A stretch of 63,755 bases of DNA, the filler included, from Chiloscyllium plagiosum (lineage: Eukaryota): assembly GCF_004010195.1 (NCBI RefSeq). It is 5 parts of 2 records of this genome, joined end to end, with 100 filler letters (N's around TTAATTAATTAA, not from the genome) between each part and the next. Parts side by side here need not be neighbours in the genome. Positions count along the whole stretch, not along the records: positions 1 to 21,843 come from NC_057710.1; positions 21,944 to 34,619 come from NC_057710.1; 3 more parts are not named here. The stretch is one strand, 5' to 3'. Position 1 is the first letter of the stretch, and every line of letters starts with the position of its first letter. Positions 12,459 through 24,564 of this stretch are shown piece by piece. A program made the translations under genes and the position numbers. The notes below the pieces were generated by a model. That model did not search any database. It saw only the letters and a program-made list of their open reading frames with translations, and was not told where the DNA came from.

Positions 12459-14177
12459 CATTTGTGTGCATGTAATGGGAAGTTTATGAGGAATTAAAAT
12501 TTTAACTAGTAAAATTACATGCCAACAGTGGATAATTGATACCTGCAGCTCGGTAATAAATACTTATATTAAATAATAATTCTTGTTACTACAGAAACCT
12601 AGTCTCTGCTTTCAGTCAATCTGCATCTAAAAGACAAGTAAACTGGGGAATTTTGCATCTTTTTAAAAATCGTTATCTAATATGATGACTGCAGGAATAA
12701 TGGGGCTTAACTTCCAGTGCATTGCCCTAGGGAGGTGTGACAATTTAAGTTATATAACTCTTAAGTCTTTCCTAAGCACAGATATTAATCCCACAATGAC
12801 AGTTCTCAGGTTTATGTCAATAGACAGCAGTTTTTTATTTAAAGGGCAGGAGATTTAAATATTTTGAAAGCTTGATATCTCCGCATACCTTATCCACATT
12901 TTATTCCTGTTAATGTCTGCTTCTCAATCTCAAGGTGTGCCTTATATCTTCTGAAGAAATGTTGAACGTATCCATTTAGGTAGCCATTTCTTCAAAGATC
13001 TGTAATCTACAAATCATGTTTTTAAATCCTGTTCTGGAAAATAGGATCTCGTTTTAAGGCAGTTAAAACGCCATTTTGTCTAAACTCTTTCTATCTCAAT
13101 TAAAGTTCAGGCCCATGTTGCAATTCCTATGTTTTTAGGATGATCCCTTAAAATGTTATTGTTCAACATAAATAATTAAAGCTTATATGTTATTCCACAT
13201 ATAGCCAGAGATGTGCATTGCTCCACTATTATCAGATATTTTTCCATTTCTCCTCTTCTGTCTAGTATGGTCATATCTTTTGCTAACGTTTAAAAATCTG
13301 TTAATATATATTCTCAGTGGTATTGTTATTCTTCCACTAGGTTGTCCACACTTAATCCAAGTTTATAGTTAGTTATACAGAAGGAGCACATTTTGCCTCA
13401 CCCTTTCTTTGTGACTTGTGTTTGGGTTTCCAATCTTCCCTAGATGTACACACCTTCATCACTTATATTGCACCTTCATTGCACAATTTATTCCCTTTCT
13501 TTAAAGGGATAGTTTTTCCTTCATCCCTTTAATTTTCTATCATGTTCTTAATGGCCTTCTTTTCCCATGGAGGAGGCAGAGGGATGGTTGTTGGGGGGGA
13601 GGAGGAGGAGGGGGGGGAATGGGTGGGGAGAATAATTGAACCATGAGATGTGGCCTCCGATGAACACAAGCTACCAACCCAAGAGACATGCTCCCTCCCA
13701 CACCTTGAACCAGCTGCAAATCTCACCAGCATTTACCCAGCAGTCCAGTGACTGGGCATGGGTGTTTCCCACTGCTGTTAAAATTCCTCTGGAAGCAGAA
13801 GGAGGGACTTTGCACCCAGAAGTATTTCATATTCACAATATGTGTCTTCTCATAGCTTTCAAAACACACTTCTGTTGTATGTTTTGACAAGAACCTTGTC
13901 CCGTCAATCTATGGAATTAACATTAACAAAATACTTGCTTGCTTTGTAAGGAGTGTTGTGTCTTGACCAAATATTTTATATCTGTGAGAGATTTGGTTTG
14001 TCATTGATAGCCTGTCATTGGGTTTGATTTCTGTTGTGTACCTGACACTTTCAAATGACATCCCACAATTACAGGTCAGGAAGTCTATTTATAACAGATG
14101 GAATGTGTACTTACATGACAAAGGTTTGGTTTTACATGTTGCAAAATCTACTTCATTAATATCAATCCACCAAAGTT

Positions 14178-14493
14178 GATTAGATTAGATTACATTACAG
14201 TGTGGAAATAGGCCCTTTCGGCCCAACAAGTCCACACCGACTCGCCGAAGCATAACCCACCCAAACCCCTACATTTACCCCTTACCTAACACTAGGGCAA
14301 TTTAGCATGGCCAATTCACCTGACCTGCACATCTTTGAACCTTGGGAGGAAACCGGAGCACCCGGAGGAAACCCACGCAGACACGGGGAGAATGTGCAAA
14401 CTCCACACAGTCAGTCGCCTGAGGTGGGAATTGAACCCGGGTCTCTGGCGCTGTGAGGCAGCAGTACTAACCACTGTGCCACCGTGCCGCCCC
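14178..14493 (-). mobile_element. Full-length HE1 SINE
   Basis: tRNA-like head gggcggcacggtggcacagtggttag (A box) and gggttcaattccc (B box), central domain, (taatc)n tail. Confidence 0.95.
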
Positions 14494-15057
14494 AATATGA
14501 GAATATGAGAATATGAGAAATCTGATTTCTTATTAAAAGTTTTCTTTGGAAGTTGGGGGAGGGGAAGAATTTGTCTTATTAAGCTTTCTACACTGCTTTA
14601 TCCCCTTTTTTATTTAACACTATAAATCTTCATTGCTCCAGATTGGATTTATGCTGGGAGATGAACAATAGGACCCTGCAGAAACCTGACACATGGACAC
14701 ATGTGGAAACTGAAGGATAACTGACCCAAGGCTCTCCATCCACTTTGAGGAACATGCAGCAGAGCAGCCAGAAAAACAAGGGTAATGTGCAATGTCTTCA
14801 TAAAACCCTGGGTAAAGCTGGTGTCTCCTAGCAATAACAAATCTCAATGGTTTCCCATGCAGCCTCTGAATCCCACTCCCAAGTCACGACCAAGAAGAAG
14901 ATCTCCATCCAATAGGCCCAGCAAGCAGCACCTTACAGCAAACCCCAGAAAAGAAGGAGCAGCTACAAACCTCAGAGGATGCACTGTCAATGTCTTTCTG
15001 CCCAGTGTCCACAAGCACTGTGACACTCACCTCTCAGTGGTTAATCTGTCTAGAGTA

Positions 15058-15855
15058 GACATGATGTGGAGATACTGGAGTTGGCCTGGGGTGGTCAAGG
15101 TCAAAAATCAAACAACACCAGATTATAGTCCAATAAGTTTATTTGAAATTGCAAGCTTTTGGAACTCAGCTCCTTCTCAAGCGAGGTGTGATAGAGAGGT
15201 ATAGGACACAGTATATATAAGCAAAAAGTTAACAACTTTAAAACCAGCTGCCCTTGTTGAATCCTTTAATCAGTTAGGAGGTGTACTGCTGATTAAAATG
15301 CAAAATCTGGATTCCTTTCAAGTCTTTGTCCCTAGATAATTAAAGGTTTTATCAATGTCTAAGAAGTGAAATCAGGTTAGACACTACTTTAGGCATGAGG
15401 TCCCACTTCAAATCTGTCTATGTTTTAAGCTGAGGTCAGGGTTTTTTTTTGACAGAACAGAATCATGAATGAAAATGTGTGTGTGTGTGTTTGTGTGTGC
15501 ATGTGAGAGAGAGAGATAAAGAGAGAAAGAGAGAGAGAGTGTGTGAGACAAAGAGAATATGCGTTTCTCTGTATCTGTGAGTGTGTGTGCATTTGAGAGA
15601 GAGGGTGTGTGCATTTGAGAGTGTGTGAGACAAAGAGAATATGCGTTTCTCTGTATCTGTGAGTGTGTGTGCATTTGAGAGAGAGGGTGTGTGCATTTGA
15701 GAGAGTGTGAGTATCTGTGTGTATTTGAGAGAGTGTTAAGAGTGTGTGCGTGTGTGTTTGAGAATGTGAGCGTGTGCGCGCATGTATGTATATATGGATG
15801 GGAGCGTGCATGTGTGAGTGTTTGTGTGTGGAAAAGGGTCTGTGTAACAGTTGAA
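15058..15855 (-). mobile_element. PLE 3' UTR remnant with (TG/AG) microsatellite and an 82-bp tandem duplication (about 15537-15700)
   Basis: Same terminal sequence as the GIY-YIG-bearing copy at 56637-57735; hammerhead degenerate. Confidence 0.75.
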
Positions 15856-15926
15856 TTATTGTTTGATTTTTGACCTTGTGTAGAGTAGATTCAGAGCCAC
15901 ATTCTGGAAAATGGAGCACTGATATA

Positions 15927-16178
15927 TTGTGGTTATGGGTATGTTCGCCGAGCCGGGAAGTTGATTTGCAATCATTTTGTCCCCTGTCTGGGTGACACCT
16001 TCAGTACTTTGGAGCCTCCTGTGAAGCGCTGCTGTACTGTGTCTCTTGGGAATTTATTTGATTCTATTTCTGCTGCTTCCGCTTGCAGGTTCCGGTTGTT
16101 AGTTGTAGTGGCTGGTATATTGGGTCCAGGTCTACGTGCTTGTTGATGGAGTCCGTGGCTGAGTGCCATTTTTCTAGA
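15927..16178 (-). mobile_element. PLE fragment of the 3092-3539 family
   Basis: Shares gtcccctgtct..gtgaca..ttcag and ggagcctcctgtgaagcgct. Confidence 0.8.
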
Positions 16179-17554
16179 TGCACCCAAACTCCAAATCTTT
16201 ACACAAACCTAGAGCACTGATATATCCCTGCAGCATCAAAGTCACCAACAGCATTGTGGGTGATTTCCAGCTGCCCTTCTTGTCAAAGGTTAACAAATGG
16301 CGGGAGATGATTGGAATGTTGGTGGTTAGAGTTTAATTGCCTTTGTTCTGTACTGAGTGCTTTCCTTCATTGAAAAACCCTTAACTGAATTTTTCCAGAA
16401 TAGTATTTTTCATTCCTGCTTTGATTCTCTCTCTTTGAAATGTTTGCATTGTGCAGGAAAGCATGCATCGAAATCTGAGGTCCTCTCATTTGCTGTGCAC
16501 ATTCTCTGAGAAGCCTTGTTTTCACAATTAATTCAGACAAAGATAGTGGTAGTAAATGTTTCCTTTGAGTCATTTACACCTTACCTTCCCCATCTGGAAT
16601 ACACCTTCTCTCCAATAACTATAGATGGTATTCCCTCTTACCTTCTTCAAAATTCGCCATGACGATTGACCCTTTTGTTATTTCCTCAATATTCCTGCTT
16701 TCCCACCTGCTCAATGTAGACCCTTGTTCAGTTCAGCCTTGCTTGGCTATCCTAGTCAGATTTGCTGGTGTCAGCTTGTGAGACCAATCAGCCTCCACTG
16801 CTTGCAAGTGGTTATCTTCAGCAAAACGATTGCATAGGACTGAGACTTCTCTTCAGCAGGTCGACCTAGTGGGGTTTCACACCTTACAACGTAAGTAGCT
16901 ATGATTTACAAGCCAGACTGTATATGGCTGAGATTCCCATGAGTTGATTGATGGAGAGAAGTTTTACATCTTGCTCTGAAAGCATTTGAGTAAAGAAGGA
17001 GCTTAGTTATGATGGAGTTAAATAATTGTATTCACTGGAGCTTGGGGGAAGAGATCTATCCTACCAGCTCCACACCTCACAAATGTTGTTTTTGAAAATA
17101 TGTTCTTGGCTAATGAGATGGTGCCTATGAATGAAATTTCAGCAAGCTGAGGAGTTAGTAAGTATTCCTAACACACAAATGAATGCAAAGGAACAAATCA
17201 CCCAATTGGAAAGTTTTGGGAACTTAATAGGCATGAGAATTTGGTTGACAACTGTGTCAGCCATGATCAAATAGTGAAATAGACTCAAAAGTGCCAAATG
17301 GCCTAATTCTGCTCTTATATCTTATGATCAATAATCACCCATTGGGAAGCTACATTTTCGCCTCCTCCCCCGCCTGTTTCTGCTAAAAGCTCTGGGAAAA
17401 CCCAGAAAATTCAATCCATCCACTCACTTATCCATCCATTAATTTGCTCACACAGATTTCATTATCAAGGATACCATTCTCATTATGTCATGCATGTTTT
17501 ACCTAGTGCTATCCATCTATACCTTAATGGAATACAGATTTTAGTCAGGCACAG

Positions 17555-18038
17555 GTCAGGAATGTGGTGGAATGCTCCCCACAACACTCAAGAAGCTTGA
17601 CACCATCCAGGACAAAGCAGCCCGCTTAATTGGCAGCTCATCCACAAACATCTACTGCCTCCCCACTGATGCTCAGTAAAAGCAGTGTCTACTAACTATA
17701 AGACGCACTTCGGAAATTCACCAAAGATCCTTAGACAGCACCTTTTAACGTGACAACCACTACCACCTAGAAGGACAAAGGCAGCAGATACATGGGAACA
17801 CTACTACCTGCAAGTTCCCTCCAAGCCCCTCGCCATTGTGACTTGGAAATACATCGCCGTTCCTATAATGATGTTGGGACAAAATCCTAAAACTCCCTTG
17901 CTAAGGTTTATCTACAATATTTGGAGTACAGCTGTTCAAGAAAGCAGCTCACCATCACTTTCAGTAGTGCAACTAGGGACAGGCAACAAATGGTGGCCAG
18001 TCAGTGATGCCCATGCGGCAGAGAAAGTGAATTTTTAA
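17555..18038 (+). mobile_element. Ancient LINE 3' remnant
   Basis: aagaagcttgacaccatccaggacaaagcagccc; same family as 8225-8965. Confidence 0.7.
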
Positions 18039-18719
18039 AAATCCAGGTTTTCAGATGACATTATGTTATGCAGATCAATAAGTCATGTAAATTCGAATAG
18101 GGAGTTGAAAATGGACAAAGATAGATTATATGGCTTGAACAAAACTAAAGCAAGTGTAATTCATTGTGAGAAAATATGTTCCATTAGTTTGGATGCAAAA
18201 CAGATAAATTGGAATATTGTCTAAATAGGGGAAATGAATGACTTCAAAAGAGCAAAGAGTATTGGGAGTCTTCAGCTCAAAAATTAGTCAAAAGCTTATT
18301 TAAAAATCTAGCAAAAAAAGCTGATGGAAAATCGGCCGTTAACTTAAAGTAGGTGCAATATAAAAGGAAGAAAGTTATGTTTCAGCTGAGCCTTGTTCAG
18401 GCCCCATCTGGCCTACTGTATTCAAGCTGAAGCAGTGTACCTCAGGCAAGATATACAGTATTGCCTTTGAAGGGGATGTGTGGTGTCTATTCAGCAAAAT
18501 GATTTTGAGGCTTAGTGAGTTAAATGATGAGGATAGTTTGCACAAGTGTGACTTTTACAGTAGCTAACTCTTTGTCTGACATCTGCCACTGGATGAACAA
18601 AAGTTGAAGCCAACAGAAAATTGGAGAGTCCAAACTCGTGATACTCATTCTCAAGTACACATTCTGTTCTCTTGTTACTGATGCCATCTCCTTAGCTTGG
18701 CTCTACCAAATTTCTCACA

Positions 18720-19060
18720 CACTTAGTGTCATTTTTGTCTTTGAGATGAGCCTCTGATTACCTCTCCATGCCACCATGGATCTATATATTTCCACTCTTG
18801 TAATATCACTGAACTTCACTCTTGTCTCAGCTTGTCTGCTGCTGAAACCCTCACTTTGTACCTTTGTTGCCTCAACTATTCCAGTATGCTCCTGACCTGC
18901 TTCCTCCCCTAAACTTGAGGTTATCAAAAACTCTGCATCACCTGTTCTTAATCACAAGTCCCATTCTTCTAATCCCATCCCAACCCCTCTCCCAATTCAC
19001 AGATCTACACTCGATTCCAGTTATATTTTGAAACTAATCTTCCCTGTTGTCAAACCTGTG
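18720..19060 (+). mobile_element. L2-clade LINE remnant
   Basis: Traces of FH..NI, AAETL..FV, KLEVIKNSA motifs. Confidence 0.55.
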
Positions 19061-20217
19061 CCTGAATCTTTACCTTTCACTTGATTCTTATTTATCTCAA
19101 CTCACCTCACCTCACCCTCACTAATATTCCAGATTGCATGAGATATACCTCTTGCCTTTCTTGCCCCATTGCCAATAAGAGCCGACAGCCATGTTTCCCA
19201 TCCTCATCCCACATAGGTTGATATTATAAACTGTTTCCTCTTCTCAGGCACGTTTGCCCTCTTCCAAAGTTCTACTTCACCATCAAACTCAATTTGATTT
19301 GATTTGATTTGATTTATTATTGTCACGTTTACTGCGATACAATGGAAAGTATTGTTATGTGTCTTATCCTGACAAGTCGCCCCTTACATAAGTACATCAG
19401 GGTAATAAAGCAGAACATAGAATATAATGTCAAAGCTACAGAGAAAGTGCAGAGAAAGATCAACTCTAATATATGAGAGGTGTGTTTATAACCACGGGGA
19501 AGAAGTTTTTCTTGAATTTGTTGGTATGTGTTTTCAAACTTTTTCCCTTCAGAGTCTCTTGACTGTGCCTTGCCTGTCTTTCCCATACCTTCACGTTCAA
19601 TTTCCTCTAACGTTTTTTTCAGCTTCGCCACAAGATTGAAACAACCTTAATCAATGTCACAACTGATTGGACTTGAAAGCTTCACTTCCTCGGTACCGAA
19701 CTTTAGCTGAGTTTTTTCAACATTTTCTCTTTTCACTATAAGTGACAGTGAAGTTAATTATCCCTCCATGTCCTTTCTGACATCTCAGCATTCTTTTGTA
19801 ACCTTCCTGGAGGAGCTCTTCTCTATTGTCCAGCTGAATAGCACCGCCTTGACCTGGCTTCAGTTGTAGTCAGAGAATCTCCTGCAATGAGTGATGTTCA
19901 AATTCTCTTACTGCTAAGTGTTACACAAAATGTGAAAACGTACCTCCTCCACTTTGCAAACTATACATGATGTATCACCTTAACTACTATCTATTGTTTA
20001 ATTTTTCGGTGGGTCTTGACATGGATTTTGTTTTCCAATCTCACTGGATGCTTTTCCCAATGTGTGAGATCTCTGGGCGTGGTCGGCGTTTATAGTTTAT
20101 GCAGGTGTGTGAGGGAAGATGCTTTAAAAGCAGACGTGTGACAGCAGGAATCTGAACAGAAAGCTGAATATCTGACTGCCTGGACCCGAGGCTGATCCCT
20201 CTTTTGTTTTGACGTAG

Positions 20218-20318
20218 TTGCACTTGTTCACAATCGCCAAGTGCAAGAGGCATTTCAGTGTGGCAGCATCTCCCGAGTATCAGAACAGCATAGTCATCCT
20301 GCCTTCTCAACTGGGGAG
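20218..20318 (+). other. Candidate ABLIM2 exon (cassette, or 3' part of an alternative first exon)
   Basis: gctgat branch-like site, ccctcttttgttttgacgtag acceptor, strong donor GAG|GTGAGT. Open as phase 1 to 0 (ALVHNRQVQEAFQCGSISRVSEQHSHPAFSTGE). No recognisable homology. Confidence 0.35.
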
Positions 20319-21496
20319 GTGAGTCTTTCAGCGACAGTTATTGAATTATTAGAGGGAGCAAAGTGCATCGCTCACTGAGAGTGTGCACTATACACTGAAT
20401 TTAATGTCACATCTAGGCTGCACAATTTAAGAAGCGATTTGCTCTCCATTGATTGTTGAGCCCAATGTTTAATATTTGAACCCTGTACCTGCCTCTAAAG
20501 TCTGACATTCTTTTCACGCACATCAAAGGAGAGAATGGTCTGTTACTTTGACAGCTACGTGTTCCAACTTGCTGCAGTTCAGAATAAAATTGGAGACGAA
20601 AGGGTCGCCTGCATTATACTGAAATGTTAGCTCTGTAGTCTGCAAGTTTATTTTTATATCCAGTCAGTCTGCAGGCATTGCTTTGTAAATTATGTCAACG
20701 TTTTCAGCCGAAGGTTACGGTTAGAAACAATCACTAGATTCCAATAACAAAGTGTTGTCGTTCTCACACATCTAGAAATGTTTTGAATTTTTTTTTGCCC
20801 TGCTGTAATGACTGTTCTCAGGATTTCCGTCTGAAAGATATTCCTTTTGTCAGAACTTCAGGTTGCACAGCTCATCGAGAATGTGCCTTTGGGGGAAAAT
20901 GCTAATCACTCAACCAGACACTGATCTCGTTGAGTTCACTGAGCATTTCAGTCCCTTGTTCCCCGTCTCCGATTTCAATTTCAAACGCACGGAAAGTAGT
21001 GACCAGCCAGGGTCCAAGTGAACTGCATTTGTCAACAAGTCAAATTCAGATGGCTCATTGTATATGTAAGCTGTTCTTTATAATAAGGTGTATCCATTCA
21101 CTTTGAGGATAATCCCTGTTTGCCATCTGAAGCAGTAAAATGATTAATTTTAATCAGCAGTCATCTTGTAACCTATGTCACCTATTCAATTGACTGTGGT
21201 ATAGAAGGAATCACTTATCTACTGTATGATTTTGTGGGATATTTAGCTCTGAATTAGCTTGGTTTCAAAACTGAAATTTGAGCAGTTCTGATTGTAAAGG
21301 GCAATCATAACTGGTTTATACTCTTAGATCATCAACCCTGAATTAGCTGACAACAGTTCTGGGTTTGACAAATAAGATTCTCCTTTGATGTGCCAACCAT
21401 TTTGGCTGACCAAATCTCAGCTACCTCAGATTTCCTCCCCACATTCTAGATAGTCCTAACGGAACTTTACAGGAATGAGTGAGGGAAAGTATGGAT

Positions 21497-21843
21497 TAGA
21501 CAATAGACAATAGACAATAGACAATAGGTGCAGGAGTAGGCCATTCAGCCCTTCGAGCCTGCACCGCCATTCAATATAATCATGGCTGATCATTCCTAAT
21601 CAGTATCCTGTTCCTGCCTTATCTCCATAACCCTTGATTCCACTATCTTTGAGAGCTCTATCCAACTCTTTCTTAAATGAATCCAGAGACTGGGCCTCCA
21701 TTGCACTCTGGGGCAGAGCATTCCACACAGCCACCACTCTCTGGGTGAAGAAGTTTCTCCTAATGTCTGTCCTAAATGGTCTACCCCGTATATTTAAGCT
21801 GTGTCCTCTGGTTCGGCATTCACCCATCAGCGGAAACATGTTT
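21497..21843 (-). mobile_element. Young CR1 3' end with (TATTGTC)4 tail, cut by gap
   Basis: RTRGHSL...RNFFTQRVV.VWNALP. Confidence 0.95.
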
Positions 21844-21943
21844 NNNNNNNNNNNNNNNNNNNNNNNNNNNNNNNNNNNNNNNNNNNNTTAATTAATTAAN
21901 NNNNNNNNNNNNNNNNNNNNNNNNNNNNNNNNNNNNNNNNNNN
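21844..21943. other. Artificial gap spacer (44 N + TTAATTAATTAA + 44 N)
   Basis: Identical 100-nt structure at four places. Confidence 0.95.
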
Positions 21944-22169
21944 AAAGCGCATTGTTTGCTCTCTGCTGTTCGTGGTCAGCCTGAAGGGTTAGGCAAGGTC
22001 TGAGGGCGAGCGACTGAAATGGTACACACTACAGGTGACTGATCTCAATGACAGTTCCAATGTGGAATTACCAGCCCTCATCGGTCTCACAGTTCCTCCC
22101 TGTGAAACAACATTTACTGAAAACAAAAAATGCTGAAGATCATTGGCTGTGAGGAAAGGTAAAGGATTG

Positions 22170-22568
22170 TTTTCGCTGGAAAGCTGATAGAGGCCTGATA
22201 GAGGCCTACACCATTCTGAGAGGCCTGGATCGGGTGAATAGTCAGAAAGTTTTTCCCAGGTTTGAAGTTTCAATTACAAGAAGACAGATGTTTAAGGTGT
22301 GAGGGAAAAAGTTTAAGGGAGATGTGTGAGGGAAGTTTTTCACGCAGAGAGTGGTAGGAGTCTGGAACATACTGTCCGAAGAGGTGGTGGAAGCAGGTAC
22401 AAGTGCAACATTTAAGAGGCATTTGGATGGTCACATGAATAGGAAGGGTTTGGAGGGGTATGGGCCGGGTGCTGGCAGATGGGACTAGATTGGGTTGGGA
22501 TATCTGGTCGGCATGGACGGGTTGGACCGAAAGGTCTGTTTCCATGCTGTACATCTCTATGACTCTAT
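22170..22568 (+). mobile_element. CR1 3' end (ctctatga tail family)
   Basis: FFTQRVVGVWN..P.EVVEAG.. and tail atctctatgactctat. Confidence 0.9.
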
Positions 22569-23411
22569 ATGTTTCCTTCTTATGCTCAATCTAACTTCAA
22601 TTTCTCTCGTCATCCAGTATTCCCTACACCTATCAGCCTTGCCCTTCACCCAGCAGGAACATACTGTCTCTGTACTCTCATTATCTCATTTTTGAAGGCT
22701 TCCTGTTTTGCAGTCATCCCTTTACCTGTGAGCATTTGCCCCCAATAAATTTGAATGGCATGAAAAAGGATACTGTTTTTGCCATGAAATCCCATAAACC
22801 AAGTATTAAAAAAAAAGACAGAGCTGGATCTGAACTTGATAATCCTATTAATGTATCTATTGTATTCCTTCATAGTTGAACATATTAAGATGTTCAGAAT
22901 TGTTGCTTTGAAGGGAATCAAGGATTTATTTTTATGAATCTTTCTCCAATTAAAAATATTACTCCAATTTTGAATCTTATAATGCAGAGTTGATAGTGTT
23001 TAACACATTTCTAGCCTCTAAGCTTGTGTTTCAGGTACTGCTCATGCAACAGAATGTGGCATGATGATTTGCAGAATGATACCCTCTTATCAGACAAAAG
23101 CTCTTGATTGAAAGTCTTCCTTCCATGCAGTTAATGGAGTAGAACATTGAGTTTTACAGACTTCAAATTGGGAATTGACACTTTGCAAGTTTTTTTTAAA
23201 CAGATATCAGACTTCAGCACTTTTAGCATCATTTTCACCCTTCAAACCAAATCCTTGAAAAGGCTCAGAACTAATCAAGCATGTCTTTGAGTTGCTAAAA
23301 GGTTGCCCCATTTTTCTTTTTATGAAGAACACTTTCAAATATTTCGGTCCTATTAATTTTGAGCAGTAGCGTTATAAGAGCTGTATGCTTACCTGATTTT
23401 CTGCCTCTAGG

Positions 23412-23880
23412 TGATAGTGAGGATTGCAGATGCTGGCGAAGTCAGCCGATAAAGTGTGACGCTGGAAAAGGCATAGCAGATCAGGCAGCAACTGACGAGG
23501 AAGGGAGTCGACATTTTGGACTTAACCCTTCATCAGCACTAGGGAGGGGGAAGAGGGCTGAGAAGTAAATGGGGGAGGGTGTTGGAGTTGGGGGAAAGGC
23601 AGTTGGGATGGCAATAGGTGGGCAAGGGTAGGAGGTGATTGTGGTAGGTCAGTGGAAAGTGTGGAGAGGATGGGTGGGCAGGAAGATGGACAGGTAGATC
23701 AGTTCAAGAGGGTGGAGCCGAGTCGGAAGGTTGGAACTGGGCTGGGGTGGGGGAGGGGAGATTTGGAAACTGGTGAAATCCAATGTTGAGGCTATGTAGT
23801 TGTAGACTCCCAAGGTGGAAGATGAGGTGTTCCTCCTCCAGTTTCCAGATGGCCTTGTTTAGGCAGTGGAGGAAGCCCAG
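23412..23880 (-). mobile_element. PLE 3' end with decayed hammerhead (23506-23537)
   Basis: Minus strand LGFLHCLNKAIWKLEEEHLIFHLGSLQ (GIY-YIG C-terminus); CUGAUGA..cAAAAu core. Confidence 0.75.
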
Positions 23881-24564
23881 AATGCAAGGTTGGTATGGTG
23901 CAGTGAAGTTTGCTAAATAATATCATTTCCATAAGCCCTCAAAACCTTGTGAATTAACTCCAATTTTCTGTGGATTTATGGCATGTATGATGTTTTTCAG
24001 CAGGCAATAGAGAATTGCTTGCATTGTTTTCAACATAATTGTCACTAATTGAGAAAGTACATCATCAGTGCAGTGGAAAATGAAACCAACTATTTTCACT
24101 TCACTTTGTAATTTTTTGGTTATGAAGTTCTTTTCACTTGCTCAGTTCATTGACTTGTCCTTTTCTTTTAGAATCTGCAATGTATATTTTATACTTAGCT
24201 GAAAAAGGCAACATTTTTGTGAAAAATTTGCAATAATGTGTTTTTGGTTGAAGCCACGATTCTTAAGCAATATATGATTTTAGTGATTAAATATGATCTT
24301 CAGGAGTGAAACTATTGGTAAAGCATTCCCAGGTTACTCTGCAGGGCACATAGAGAAATCTGATGCAGTTTGTAGATGTTAGGATTCCATTTAATAGCAG
24401 TCAAAATATTAGTCAAAATAGCAGTCATTGAGGAAAAAATGTTGGCACACTGAAGTATTTTGTTGATAACATGTCTAAAATGAAGCCTTTGTATTGGAGA
24501 TTCAGATATACCATAAAAACGAAGCCTTCATGTTTGTAAAGCGCATTCAGAATCACTGAAGAAT

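Noticed and set aside
13570..13630. G-rich tract with G-quadruplex potential
   Set aside because: Simple low-complexity run with no evidence of function.
15408..15919. His/Thr-rich ORFs (also 57001-57327)
   Set aside because: Translations of (CA/TG/AG) microsatellites in PLE 3' UTRs.
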